Source: Myxococcota bacterium
GTDB taxonomy: Bacteria; Myxococcota_A; UBA9160; UBA6930
Length of the DNA: 64,000 bases
Assembly: GCA_965223415.1 (NCBI GenBank)
Contig: OZ245002.1
Span: 1,312,001-1,376,000 of the forward strand
Reading direction: 5' to 3'
The translations under genes were made by a program, and so were the position numbers. Positions 1-9,946 of this stretch are shown here, piece after piece. Under the pieces are notes generated by a model that made no database searches, was not told where the DNA came from, and saw nothing but the letters and a program-made list of their open reading frames with translations. Within the stretch, counting starts at the first letter, position 1, and every line of letters begins with the position of its first letter.

Positions 1-410
1 TCCTCGTCATCGTCACCCAGCTCGTCCTCGATCTCCCGCGTTGGTACGAGCCGAGCTTCGTCGTGCCGTTGGCGGGCATGATCTTCGCCAACGCCATGAA
101 CACGGTGAGCCTCGCAGCGGAGCGCTTCGAGGCGGAACGGGCACGGGGCTTGGACCTCGCCCAGGCGAAGCGGACGGCGCTCGAGGCCTCGTTGATCCCG
201 CAGATCAACAGCCTGCTCGCGGTAGGGCTGGTCGCGCTGCCGGGCATGATGACCGGCCAGATCCTGTCCGGCGTCGAACCGCTGGTCGCCGTCCGCTACC
301 AGATCATGGTGATGTGCATGATCTTCGGGTCGGGCGGCCTGGGCGCGGCACTCTACCTCGTGCTCAGGGTGTGCCGAACTCCAGGTGCAGCTCCAGCGTC
401 CCGAGCATGA
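1..410 (+). CDS. ABC transporter permease, FetB/YbbM (UPF0014) family, 5'-truncated by window edge
   Basis: Frame open from position 3. Motifs PLAGMIFANAMN and GLVALPGMMTGQILSGVEPLVAVRYQI. Confidence 0.85.
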   Translation, partial: LVIVTQLVLDLPRWYEPSFVVPLAGMIFANAMNTVSLAAERFEAERARGLDLAQAKRTALEASLIPQINSLLAVGLVALPGMMTGQILSGVEPLVAVRYQIMVMCMIFGSGGLGAALYLVLRVCRTPGAAPASRA

Positions 411-1671
411 TCCCCGGCTGGTGCTGGAACGAGTTGCCCGGCGCGTAGGCCAGGCGGTCGATGCGATCGAGCAGGCGATCCCAGGCGATTTGCTGCTCGA
501 GCCGGGAGATCCCGGCACCCGGACAGGTGCGCGGCCCCTGGGAGAAGGCGAGATGCCCCGCGACGCGCTTGCGGTCGAGCTGCACGTCCTTGGGGCAGGC
601 GTACTCCTCGGGATCGACGTTGCCCGCTCCGAAGCGCAGGTGGAGGAGCGATCCCGCCGGAACGCGCACGCCCTGGAACTCCTCCTCCCGGGTCGTGATC
701 CGTGTGGAGAGGCCCTGCGTCGGCGCCCGCACGCGCATGGCCTCCTCGGTGAAGGCCCGCAGCTTCGAGCGATCTGTGCGGATCTCGTCGAAGAGGGCAG
801 GATCGTCGCACAGAAGCTGGGCCTCCTCCTCGAGGGCGTACTGGGTGGTCTCGAACCCGCCGAGCAGCATGGCGTAGACGATGCCTTCGATCTCGGCGTC
901 GGTGAGCTTGCGACCGAGGGCCTGGTAGGTAATGCCGGTGAGGAAGCTGATCATGTCGTCACCGGGGTGCGCGCGTTTCTGCGCCACCTGCTCGGCCAGG
1001 TAGACGTGGAAGCCCTCGAGAACCTCCGCCTGCTCGGCCAGCTGCTCGCGGCTCAGCAGGTTGCGGTGGGTGCGACCGTGGACGAAGGGGAGCACCATCG
1101 CGGTTCCCCAGGCCCAGAGGCGGGGAAGGTCTTCGTGGGGCAGACCGAGCACGCTGGCCATCACCCGTTGGGGAAGCGGCCGCGCGAACTCCGCGACGAA
1201 CTCCACCCGACCGCGTCCGATCCAGTCGTCGATCAGCGCGTCGACGGTGCGGGTGATCATCTCGCGGTGGCGGGTGGCGCCCGGGCCGACCCACGGATCC
1301 GTGAGCTCTTGCTTGTGGGCGCGGTAGAGCTCCTGGGTCGGCCGCAGCGTAGCCATCGAGACGATCATGGCGTTCATCTGGGGCGCCAGGGCGGGATCCG
1401 CCGCCAGGGCCTCGACGGCCAGACCGAGGGTCGGCGTGAAGCGCGCCGGATCCTTCACGACGCGCGCGATGTCCTCGTAGCGGGTCAGGACGTAGGCATC
1501 CGCGTCCCGCGTGAAGCCCTCGCCCGGAAGCACGAACACCGGCGCCTCGGCGTGGAGGATTTCGTAGGCTTCGTACCAGTGCTCCTGGGCGCCCTCGCCG
1601 AAGAGGTCGACGTCTGCGAGGGACGCCGGGCAGGCCATGGGGCTCAGGTCGTGGTTCGGGGGCTTCGGCAC
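364..1671 (-). CDS. Cytochrome P450
   Basis: I-helix GGFETT, EAMR (ExxR), heme motif FSQGPRTCPG. Start may instead be ATG 1638. Confidence 0.93.
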   Translation of the reverse strand: MPKPPNHDLSPMACPASLADVDLFGEGAQEHWYEAYEILHAEAPVFVLPGEGFTRDADAYVLTRYEDIARVVKDPARFTPTLGLAVEALAADPALAPQMNAMIVSMATLRPTQELYRAHKQELTDPWVGPGATRHREMITRTVDALIDDWIGRGRVEFVAEFARPLPQRVMASVLGLPHEDLPRLWAWGTAMVLPFVHGRTHRNLLSREQLAEQAEVLEGFHVYLAEQVAQKRAHPGDDMISFLTGITYQALGRKLTDAEIEGIVYAMLLGGFETTQYALEEEAQLLCDDPALFDEIRTDRSKLRAFTEEAMRVRAPTQGLSTRITTREEEFQGVRVPAGSLLHLRFGAGNVDPEEYACPKDVQLDRKRVAGHLAFSQGPRTCPGAGISRLEQQIAWDRLLDRIDRLAYAPGNSFQHQPGIMLGTLELHLEFGTP

Positions 1672-1711
1672 CGGGGGGTCCTCAGCGGGGCTTCGGTGAA
1701 TCGGGCCCAGC

Positions 1712-2872
1712 CTACTCCCCCGAGAGCTCCGGGGGCAAGGTGAGCGTCACCGGAATGGGACGGTAGAGGCCGAGGTCGTCGGCGAGGCGCCCGAGCACGG
1801 AGCGGACGTCGCCTCCGGGCCCCGCGAACAGGTTGCATACGTAGGTGAGCGTGATCGTGCGATCCCCCGAGAGCTGCGGATGCGCCTTCGCCGCATAGCA
1901 GGCCGTGCCCGGGACAAAGCCTCCCACGTAGCGCGAATCCAGCTCCGGGATCCGGTAGAGCGATCGTCGCGCCGACCAGGGCCCCTCGAGCGCCGGCGCC
2001 GTTCGCACCCACACCCGGTCGCCCTCTTCCGCGGCGGGGTACGCGTAGATCGCGAGCCAGGCGCCGAGGCCGGCGTGGAAGTGCACGCTCATCTCGGTGG
2101 CATCGTCGTCCATCACGATCGCCGCGCCCAGCGGCCGGAAGCCGGGCTGCCAGCTGCCGTCGGTGGTGAAGGTCTCGAGGAAGGGCTCCAGGTCGGTGTC
2201 GCCGGGGCCGAGCCGATCCAACGGGAGCCGCACGAGGGTGCGGGGATGGGCGCTGGCCTCCCGGTCCAGGAAGGCGAAGAGGTAGACGTAGCCCTCGTGG
2301 ACCACCATCGCGCTGGCGGGGAGCGCCCGGGAGCTGCGGCTCAGGCGGCGGCGCTCCATCTGCCAGGCCGCGGGCGGCTCCTCGGGATTCGCGATCCGGC
2401 CCAGCTCGACCCCGCGGAAGGCGAACGGCAGGGCGAGGGGACCGCGGGGCTGCGCCGGCTCCACCTCGAGCAGGCCCAGGTAGAGATCGCCGCCGTGGAC
2501 GAAGCCGTCGAAGAGCCACCACCAGCCCAGCTCACCCGGGCGGTCGAAGAAGTCGGCCGGCCCCTCCGCGCCCGGACTCCAGTGGTACTCGATCGACCAA
2601 CGCCCCGCCTCGCAGCGCGAGACCCCGATCGAGTTGTGGATGAAGTGCGCGCCCCGTCGCGTCGCTTGGCCCGATCGCCCGACGAAGGTATCCCCGAAGA
2701 GCCACAGGCTGCGGCCGCCCGAGAGCGGCACGGAGAAGGCCGAGTCGCCGCCGAGCCAGCCGCCCTCGTAGGGAAAGGCAGGCGTGCACGCCGGCGCGCC
2801 GGCGGGCGGCGCCTGGGAGACACAGCCGAGGAGAGCCAGCCCGAGGAGAGCTAGAAGGGGCGGTCGCCGCAC
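1712..2872 (-). CDS. DUF4185/DUF5005-type beta-propeller lipoprotein (possible glycoside hydrolase)
   Basis: GTG start gives lipoprotein signal RRPPLLALLGLALLGC. Motifs GGDSAFSVPL, LWLFGDTF, YAAKAHP. Confidence 0.75.
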   Translation of the reverse strand: MRRPPLLALLGLALLGCVSQAPPAGAPACTPAFPYEGGWLGGDSAFSVPLSGGRSLWLFGDTFVGRSGQATRRGAHFIHNSIGVSRCEAGRWSIEYHWSPGAEGPADFFDRPGELGWWWLFDGFVHGGDLYLGLLEVEPAQPRGPLALPFAFRGVELGRIANPEEPPAAWQMERRRLSRSSRALPASAMVVHEGYVYLFAFLDREASAHPRTLVRLPLDRLGPGDTDLEPFLETFTTDGSWQPGFRPLGAAIVMDDDATEMSVHFHAGLGAWLAIYAYPAAEEGDRVWVRTAPALEGPWSARRSLYRIPELDSRYVGGFVPGTACYAAKAHPQLSGDRTITLTYVCNLFAGPGGDVRSVLGRLADDLGLYRPIPVTLTLPPELSGE

Positions 2873-3663
2873 AGGGTCACACGGTAGCCGTGGCGCACCT
2901 GTGGGTAGTAGTCCCAGGTGGCGAAGTGCTGCACGCAGCGGTTGTCCCACATGGCGATCGAATGGGGCCGCCACTGGAATCGGCACTGGAAGTCCGGCTG
3001 CTCCATGTGACGGAAGAGGAAGTCGAGCGTGGCCTGGCTCTCCTGCGGCTTCATCCCGCGGATCCGCGTCGTGAAGCCCGCATTCACGAAGAGCGCCTTG
3101 CGCCCCGTCTCGGGATGGGTCCGCACGACCGGATGCTCCGCCTGGGGAAACTCCTCCGCCGGCTTCTCGATCCCGTAGCCTCGCCCGTGGACGTGCGCGG
3201 ACTCGTGCACCGCCGTGAGCCCCGAGAGGAAGTGCTGCCAGTGATCCGACAGCGCCTCCCAGGCCGCATACATGCTCGAGAAGAGCGTGTCGCCTCCGGA
3301 GCTCGGCACCCGTTCCAGCCGCAGGATGCTCCCCATGGGCGGCGCCGCCTCGAAGCTCACGTCCGAGTGCCATCCATGGCCCGCGACGAACTTCGAACCC
3401 TCGTCCGCGTGGATCACCAGCACCTCGGGGTGCTCTGGATGATGCGGCACGTTGGGGTGGACGTGCAGCTCGCCGAACCGTTGGCCGAAGGCCTTGTGCT
3501 CGTCCAGGCTGAGCTCCTGATCCCGGAAGAAGACGACCTGGTGGGCGAGCCAGGCCTCGTGGACGGCCTTCCGGGTATCTTCGGAGAGGGGGGCGCGCAG
3601 GTCGACGCCCTGGATCTCGGCGCCGATCACCGGGTTCAGGGGGTGGACGGTGGGGTCTTCCAT
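2851..3663 (-). CDS. TauD/TfdA family Fe(II)/2-oxoglutarate dioxygenase
   Basis: WHSDVSF (HxD), HPVVRTHPETGRK, WDNRCVQH. Confidence 0.93.
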   Translation of the reverse strand: MEDPTVHPLNPVIGAEIQGVDLRAPLSEDTRKAVHEAWLAHQVVFFRDQELSLDEHKAFGQRFGELHVHPNVPHHPEHPEVLVIHADEGSKFVAGHGWHSDVSFEAAPPMGSILRLERVPSSGGDTLFSSMYAAWEALSDHWQHFLSGLTAVHESAHVHGRGYGIEKPAEEFPQAEHPVVRTHPETGRKALFVNAGFTTRIRGMKPQESQATLDFLFRHMEQPDFQCRFQWRPHSIAMWDNRCVQHFATWDYYPQVRHGYRVTLCGDRPF

Positions 3664-3833
3664 GAGCTCTGAGGTTAGCGTGGGGGGAGTCGGGGGGGGG
3701 CGGAGTGGTGTCGAGGCTGGGCCGGCGTTCGAGCGCGCCACCGCCCAGGCCCACAGGCCAGAAGGCAGCCCGCACCTCCACGGGTGCCCCCAGTCCCGAT
3801 CGAACCCAAGCCCCACCCAGCTAGCATTCCCCG

Positions 3834-5177
3834 ATGCGGCTCTCCCCCGACCGCCTCGCCCGCCCCTTCGTCGCGTTCGTGGAGCGCTTCTACCCGGACG
3901 CCTTCGTCTTCGCGATCCTGCTGACCGGGCTCACCTTCCTCCTCGCCATCGGCCTCACCGACACGGGGGCCGTTCGCGCGCTCGAGATCTGGGGGGTGGG
4001 CCTGACGGGGCTCCTGCCCTTCATCACCCAGATCGCCCTCACCCTGCTATGCGCTCACGCCCTCGCCCACACCGACGGGGTTCACGGCGTCCTCACGCGT
4101 CTGGCCGGCTGGCCGCGCAACGAGCGTCAGGCGTATGCGTGGGTGGCGCTGATCGCGGGAATCGGGAGCCTCGTCGCGTGGTCGTTGGGCCTGGTGGTCG
4201 GCGCCTTGATGGCTCTCGGGGTAGCTCGAGCCGGGCGGGAGCGGGGCCTACTTCTGCACTTCCCGCTGCTCGTGGCGAGCGCGTACGGCGGCTTCGTGGT
4301 GTGGCACATGGGCTACTCGAGCTCGGCTGCGCTCTTCGTCGCCACGCCGGGGCACGCCCTGGAGGCGGCGACGGGGATCGTTCCGGTGACCGAGACGATC
4401 TTCGCGCCGTGGAACCTGGCCCTCGCCGCCCTGACCGTGGTGGTGGTGGCAGCGGTCTGTGCGGGGATGGCGCCGCGGGGCGAAGCGCCCATCGAGCTCG
4501 TCGAGGCGCCGCCGGAGCAGGCGCCCGGAGAGCCCGACCGCTCGACCTTCGGGCGCCGGCTCGAGCACGCGCGACCGATCTCGGCGGGCATGGGCGCGGT
4601 CCTGCTCGCCTATCTCTTCACCTGGTTCCGCAGCCGTGGCCTCGAGCTCACTCTCGACGTGGTCAACTGGTCCTTCCTGGGGCTGGGTCTGGTGCTCGCG
4701 CGCTCGCCCGTCCACTACGTCGCACTCGTCCGCAACGCCAGCCGCACCCTCGGACCGATCGTCCTCCAGTACCCGTTCTACGCCGGCATCATGGCGCTGA
4801 TGACGAATACCGACCTCGTCCACCTCTTCTCGGACGGCTTCGTCGCCCTCGCCTCGCCGGGCACCCTCGGCTTCTGGGCGTTCGTCTCCGGAGGGGTGCT
4901 GAACTTCTTCGTCCCTTCCGGCGGGGGCCAGTGGGCGGTGCAGGGGCCGATCTTCGTCGAGGCGGCCCGGAAGCTGGGCGTGGAGACGCCGGTGGTGGTG
5001 ATGGGCGTGGCCTACGGCGATCAATGGACCAACCTGGTCCAGCCGTTCTGGACCCTGCCCCTCCTGGCCATCGTGGGGCTCAGCGCCCGGGCCATCATGG
5101 GCTACTGCTTCGTCGTGCTCCTGGCGACCTTCCTGCTCTTTGCGGGCGGCCTTCTGTGGGTGGGCGCCGGCGGCTGA
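3834..5177 (+). CDS. atoE: Short-chain fatty acid transporter (AtoE family)
   Basis: Multi-TM protein with PDAFVFA, WHMGYSSSAAL, NFFVPSGGGQWAVQGP, AYGDQWTNLVQPFWTLP. Confidence 0.88.
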   Translation: MRLSPDRLARPFVAFVERFYPDAFVFAILLTGLTFLLAIGLTDTGAVRALEIWGVGLTGLLPFITQIALTLLCAHALAHTDGVHGVLTRLAGWPRNERQAYAWVALIAGIGSLVAWSLGLVVGALMALGVARAGRERGLLLHFPLLVASAYGGFVVWHMGYSSSAALFVATPGHALEAATGIVPVTETIFAPWNLALAALTVVVVAAVCAGMAPRGEAPIELVEAPPEQAPGEPDRSTFGRRLEHARPISAGMGAVLLAYLFTWFRSRGLELTLDVVNWSFLGLGLVLARSPVHYVALVRNASRTLGPIVLQYPFYAGIMALMTNTDLVHLFSDGFVALASPGTLGFWAFVSGGVLNFFVPSGGGQWAVQGPIFVEAARKLGVETPVVVMGVAYGDQWTNLVQPFWTLPLLAIVGLSARAIMGYCFVVLLATFLLFAGGLLWVGAGG

Positions 5178-5195
5178 GCGAGGTACAACCAGGGC

Positions 5196-6818
5196 ATGAG
5201 CTATCGAGGCACCGGAAGAGGCGGCCCCGTGCTGCGCACGGCCGAGGTTCTGAGCGTCCTTGGCGACGCGGGCTTCCTGAGCCCGCGGTACCTGGGGACC
5301 CTGCTTCCCACCATCCGGAGGTTCGGCTCCACCGCGGCCTCGGGCTTCATGGCCGCGGCCCAGCGCGATCCGGACGGGCTCGCGCTGATCGACGAAGCGG
5401 GCACGATGACCTTCCGGGAGCTGGACCAAGGGACGAACGCCATCTCGAGGGCGCTGCGAGAGGCGGGGGTCGGCCCCGGCGACGGGGTCGGGCTCTTCGC
5501 GCGAAACCACCGCGGCTTCGTGCAGGCCCAGATCGCGCTGGACAAGCTCGGTGCGAACACCCTACTGCTCAACACCGGCTTCGCCCCGCCCCAGCTGAAG
5601 GAGGTGTGCGCGCGGGAAGGCACGCGAGTGCTGCTCTACGACGAGGAGTTCCGCGAGATCGTCGAGGGCGGAGCCGCCGACCACGTGCGCTTCCTCACCT
5701 GGGCGGATTCCGACGCTCCTCCCGAGACGACCTTGGCCCAGCTCGCGGCGGCCCACGACACGGGACCGATCGATCCGCCCTCGAGCCCCGGCCGCACCAC
5801 GATCCTGACGTCGGGAACCACCGGGACGCCCAAGGGCGCCCAACGCACCATGAAGAGCCAGGGCATCGACAGCCTGGTCGGCCTCTTCGGCCGCATGCCG
5901 CTGCGCCGGGGCACCCGGAACCTGATCGTCGCCCCCACCTTCCATTCCTGGGGCGGCATGCACCTCCTCCTGGCCGCGACCCTCGGCTGCACGGCGGTGC
6001 TGCGCCGCCGCTTCGATCCGGAGGACACCCTCGCGGCGATCCAGGAGCATCGGCCCCAGATTCTGGCGGTCGTTCCGGTGATGATGCAGCGCATCCTCGC
6101 GCTCGGGGAAGACGTGATCGGCCGGTACGACACCTCCTCCCTCGAGGCGGTCTGCGCGAGTGGCTCCGCCCTCCCGGGCGAGCTGGCCCTGCGCTGGATG
6201 AACACCTTCGGCGACAACGTCTACAACCTCTATGGCTCGACGGAGGTCGCCCAGGCCTCCATCGCCATGCCCGACGAGCTGCGCTCCGCGCCGGGCACGG
6301 CCGGGCGCCCGCCCCGCGGCGTGACCGTGCGCATCCTCGACGGCGCCGGCAGCGAGGTTCCCCAGGGCGTCACCGGCCGCATCTTCGTCGCGAACGACAA
6401 CCAGTTCGAGGGCTACACGGGCGGGGGCAACAAGGAGATCATCGACGGACTGATGTCGAGTGGCGACGTGGGCCACTTCGACGAGAAGGGGCTCCTCTTC
6501 GTCGACGGCCGCGATGACGACATGATCATCTCCGGCGGCGAGAACGTCTTTCCCCGCGAGGTGGAGGACCTCCTCGCCGACCATGACGACGTGATCGAGG
6601 CCGCCGTCATCGGCGTGCCGGACGAGGAGTTCGGCCAGAGGCTGAAGGGCTTCATCGTCCTGCGGGACGGCGCCGAAGCGGACGAAGGCGCTCTGAAGGA
6701 CTACGTCAAGCGCCACCTGGCGCGCTACAAGGTGCCGCGCGACATCGTCTTCCTCGACGCCCTGCCGCGGAACCCGACGGGCAAGATCCTGAAGCGGGTG
6801 CTCGCCGAGGAGAGCTAG
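5196..6818 (+). CDS. Acyl-CoA synthetase (AMP-binding)
   Basis: TSGTTGTPKG, YGSTE, SGDVG, PRNPTGKILK. Confidence 0.93.
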   Translation: MSYRGTGRGGPVLRTAEVLSVLGDAGFLSPRYLGTLLPTIRRFGSTAASGFMAAAQRDPDGLALIDEAGTMTFRELDQGTNAISRALREAGVGPGDGVGLFARNHRGFVQAQIALDKLGANTLLLNTGFAPPQLKEVCAREGTRVLLYDEEFREIVEGGAADHVRFLTWADSDAPPETTLAQLAAAHDTGPIDPPSSPGRTTILTSGTTGTPKGAQRTMKSQGIDSLVGLFGRMPLRRGTRNLIVAPTFHSWGGMHLLLAATLGCTAVLRRRFDPEDTLAAIQEHRPQILAVVPVMMQRILALGEDVIGRYDTSSLEAVCASGSALPGELALRWMNTFGDNVYNLYGSTEVAQASIAMPDELRSAPGTAGRPPRGVTVRILDGAGSEVPQGVTGRIFVANDNQFEGYTGGGNKEIIDGLMSSGDVGHFDEKGLLFVDGRDDDMIISGGENVFPREVEDLLADHDDVIEAAVIGVPDEEFGQRLKGFIVLRDGAEADEGALKDYVKRHLARYKVPRDIVFLDALPRNPTGKILKRVLAEES

Positions 6819-6988
6819 GCGACGAGCCACCGTGCCGCGCGTCGAGACCCGGCCCCGAAACGGACCTCCGCCGAGCTGCTGCGCTTCCTGCGCCGGGCAG
6901 GCGGCCGGCTGGGGCATCGTTCCCCACCGTCAACCGCAGGTGCGCTTCGGCCGATAGACCGCTAGAGAATGGGACCGCAGGAGGACGC

Positions 6989-7891
6989 ATGGCCGAAGCA
7001 AAGACGACCCCCCAGCTGCGCGACGTGACCGAGAGCGGGAGTGAGTTCGCCCTCAGCGAGGACGAGCTCCGAACCGTCACCGGAGGCCGGGCCTTCCTCG
7101 ACCTCCTGGACCAGAAGCGCTTCTCCACGAAAAAGCTGCAGTCGACGTTGAACTACGAGCGGGAGCTCCGCAAGCTCCAGATCGAGATGGTCCAGCTCCA
7201 GCGGACCGTCCAGCTCACCGGCCGCCGTGTCGCGCTCATCTTCGAGGGGCGCGACGCTGCGGGCAAGGGCGGAACCATCCGGCGCTTCGTCGAGCACCTG
7301 AACCCGCGGACCGCGCGGGTCGTGGCGCTCCCGAAGCCCACGGAGGTGGAGCAGGGACAATGGTACTTCCAGCGCTACGTCTCCGCGCTGCCCAACCCCG
7401 GTGAGATCTGCTTCTTCGACCGCTCCTGGTACAACCGCGCCGTCGTCGAGCCGGTGATGAACTTCTGCTCCGAGGAGCAGTACAAGCAGTTCATGCAGCA
7501 AGTCCCGGAGTTCGAGCACATGCTCTACGAGGACGGTGTCGAGCTGATCAAGTTCTGGTTCTCGATCTCGAAGCGCGAGCAGAAGGAACGCTTCGATTCG
7601 CGCCGCGGCGACCCCCTGAAGCAGTGGAAGATCAGCCCGGTGGACGAGCGCGCCCAGGAGCACTGGGACCTGTACACGAAGTACAAGGAAGCCATGTTCA
7701 GCCGGACCCACACGACCTACAGCCCGTGGATCATCGTGCGCGCGAACTCGAAGAAGAAGGCTCGCCTGGAGAGCATGCGCTACGTGCTGAACAACGTCGA
7801 CTACGACCATCGGGACAAGGCCGGAACCTCCCTCCACCCCGATCCGGACATCGTGAAGCGGTTCCACCGAGCGACGTCTCAGATCGACTAG
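6989..7891 (+). CDS. ppk2: Polyphosphate kinase 2
   Basis: FEGRDAAGKGG, WYFQRY, FDRSWYNRA. SD AGGAGG upstream. Confidence 0.95.
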   Translation: MAEAKTTPQLRDVTESGSEFALSEDELRTVTGGRAFLDLLDQKRFSTKKLQSTLNYERELRKLQIEMVQLQRTVQLTGRRVALIFEGRDAAGKGGTIRRFVEHLNPRTARVVALPKPTEVEQGQWYFQRYVSALPNPGEICFFDRSWYNRAVVEPVMNFCSEEQYKQFMQQVPEFEHMLYEDGVELIKFWFSISKREQKERFDSRRGDPLKQWKISPVDERAQEHWDLYTKYKEAMFSRTHTTYSPWIIVRANSKKKARLESMRYVLNNVDYDHRDKAGTSLHPDPDIVKRFHRATSQID

Positions 7892-7915
7892 CGGGCTGCC
7901 ACCGGGTGGGCCGGC

Positions 7916-9151
7916 TCATCGCCGGGGCCGCGTCCCCCGCCGCCTCCTCCGCGCCGCCAGCTCGAGCCGCAAGCTCTTCGCGATGAACCGGGGCAGCCCG
8001 AGGGGGTTCCGGCGGAGCTTGCGGAGGATCAACCGGCGCATGTGGGGCATCGCGTCGTAGCTTCCCTCGCGCTGGCCGTGGCCGATGTGCATGGCGAGGG
8101 CGGGCACGTCGACGACGTCCATGGGAAGCTCCAGGTGGAGCGTCTCGGTCTTCGGCAGCAGACAGGTCTGTTCGTCGCAGGCCTGGTAGCGGACGTTCAC
8201 CTCGAGGCGCGCGGTCTCCGCGTCGAGGGGACGGAGCTCGCTGGCGAGCTCACCGGTCGGGTAGAAGGGCACGGCAATGTCCACGGTGCCGCTCCAGACT
8301 TGGAGCTCCAGGTCCATGCTCGCAAGGCACAGGGGCTCGGTGGGCGGAAGGATCGGGTCGAGCACCGTCAGGCCCGGGGGTCCCTCGACCTGCACCGTCG
8401 TCGGCACCATGCCCTCGGGCACGGGCTCGCCGTAGAGGTGGAGCCCCGGGCCCAGCTCGAAGCGGACGACGAGCTTGCGCATGATGCCCTGGCGGATGCT
8501 GCCGTCCCCGCCGTGGACCGCTGCGGTGACGTGGATCTGGTCGTCGCCAGCTTCCGCTCGGGGCGCCGCATCGGACAGCTCGATCCGGCCCAGGGCGGCG
8601 TCGATCAGCGTCTCCGGGCTGTCCCGCTTCTTGTAGGTGTCGTGGAAGAACTTCGCGACGACGATGCCGTCCTCGTCGGTGACGAAGACGCCGGGGAAGG
8701 CCACGCCGTACAAGAAGGCGTCGTCCTCGCCGACGGAGGTGTTCAGCACGCCGTAGCGCCGGATCACCTCCGACTCGACGTCCGATAGCAGCGGGAAGGA
8801 GACGTCCCGCTTCAGGGCAAACTCCCGCAGTGCGGGCTGGTCGTCGTAGGAGATGGCGTAGAGCTTGATGCCGGCCGCCTCGAACTTCTCGCGGGCGTCG
8901 CGCAGCTCGCCGAGCTGCGTCCAGCAGGGGGGTCACCAGACGGCGGAGCGGTAGAAGACCAGGGCGGCCTTCGAGCGGCCGCGGTCGGCGTGGAAGTCGA
9001 TCTCGCGACCGAAGGCGTCGGGAAGGCTGAAGTCCGGCAGCCGTTCGCCCACCTCGGGGCCCGTGACGTGGCCCTCGGGCAGACCGCTTCGGGCGGGGTG
9101 GCCCAGCGGTGCCGGTGCGTCGAAGCCGTGCTCGTCGCGCTCGACCGTCAT
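7916..9151 (-). CDS. Putative selenoprotein: AhpC/TSA redoxin domain (UxxC, Sec73) fused to DsbD N-terminal-like domain, 411 aa
   Basis: Track ORFs 8933-9328 and 7916-8767 are one frame joined through TGA 8933-8935: VFYRSAVW-U-PPCWTQLGEL...YAISYD...FPLLSD. C-terminal YQACDEQTCLLP. ATG overlaps the upstream stop (ATGA). Confidence 0.88.
8901..8919 (-). promoter_or_regulatory. Putative bacterial SECIS hairpin
   Basis: CGCAGCTC-GGC-GAGCTGCG perfect 8-bp stem starting 13 nt after the in-frame UGA, with G in the loop. Confidence 0.7.
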
Positions 9152-9924
9152 ACAGGAGATCTCTCGTGTCGGCGGGTGATCAGCTTGCGAGGGTGGCGAC
9201 CGTCCACGTAGCCGACGAAAGTGCCCGCGACGAGCTCGTAGCCCACCAGGGCCTGGATGCGCTCCGAGTAGCGGGCCGCGACGTCCGGCGGCACGGCCAG
9301 GAACTGGTTCTCGAGCTGGCGCAGCCACGGCTGGCAGTACTGGACCGTCAGCCCCAGGCGCTTGCCGCTCGAGCGGTTCGCGCCCGAGCGGTGATACAGC
9401 GTGCCCGGGAAGACCGCGACGCTCCCGGACGCCATCAACAGGGGGACGCCCATGCGTTCCATCTCCGCCTGGGGCGGGGCCGGCGTCTCCCAGAGATGAC
9501 TCCCGGGAATGACGTCCGTTGCGCCGTTCTCGGCGGTGAAGTCATCGAGGGCCCAGATGGTCGAAACCCCCTGCACCGGACGGGGCGGCGGGGGCGCGCC
9601 GAGCGCGTCGTCCTGGTGGAAGCCCTGGGGCGTCTCGCCTGGGTGCAGGTTCACCACCAGGGCCGCCGAGAGCAGGAAGCTCTCGCGGAGGAAGCGGCCG
9701 ACGAGCTCGAGGACGGCCGCGTGCTCGACCAGCGGCGCGACCGCGGGCACCTTGGCCAACAAACTGTAGACGCGCTCGGTCCTGAAACCCTCGAAGTCGT
9801 TGCGCCCCATCAGCTCGGACCGGAGGTACGGCCCGAGCTGCTCGCGGAGCGCCGCGACCTGGGAGGGGTCGATGGCGGAGGGGAGGACGACGTAGCCGTC
9901 GGTTTCGAGACTCGGAGAGGCCAC
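9148..9924 (-). CDS. Phytanoyl-CoA dioxygenase (PhyH) family protein
   Basis: HQDD, WALDDFTAENGATDVIPGSH, YHRSGAN, PWLRQLEN. Confidence 0.9.
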   Translation of the reverse strand: MASPSLETDGYVVLPSAIDPSQVAALREQLGPYLRSELMGRNDFEGFRTERVYSLLAKVPAVAPLVEHAAVLELVGRFLRESFLLSAALVVNLHPGETPQGFHQDDALGAPPPPRPVQGVSTIWALDDFTAENGATDVIPGSHLWETPAPPQAEMERMGVPLLMASGSVAVFPGTLYHRSGANRSSGKRLGLTVQYCQPWLRQLENQFLAVPPDVAARYSERIQALVGYELVAGTFVGYVDGRHPRKLITRRHERSPV

Positions 9925-9930
9925 ACCTCT

Positions 9931-9940
9931 ACGGTATCCT
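9931..9940. promoter_or_regulatory. Overlapping bidirectional -10 boxes (TACCGT minus, TATCCT plus)
   Basis: Each hexamer lies 6 nt from the start codon of a divergent gene (9924 and 9947) in a 22-bp intergenic gap. Confidence 0.6.
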
Positions 9941-9946
9941 GCCGCC

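Noticed and set aside
8933..8935. Nonsense mutation (pseudogene) reading of the in-frame TGAs here and at 35833-35835
   Set aside because: Both fall exactly on the catalytic position of a UxxC motif, both are followed by SECIS-like hairpins, and both frames are otherwise intact.
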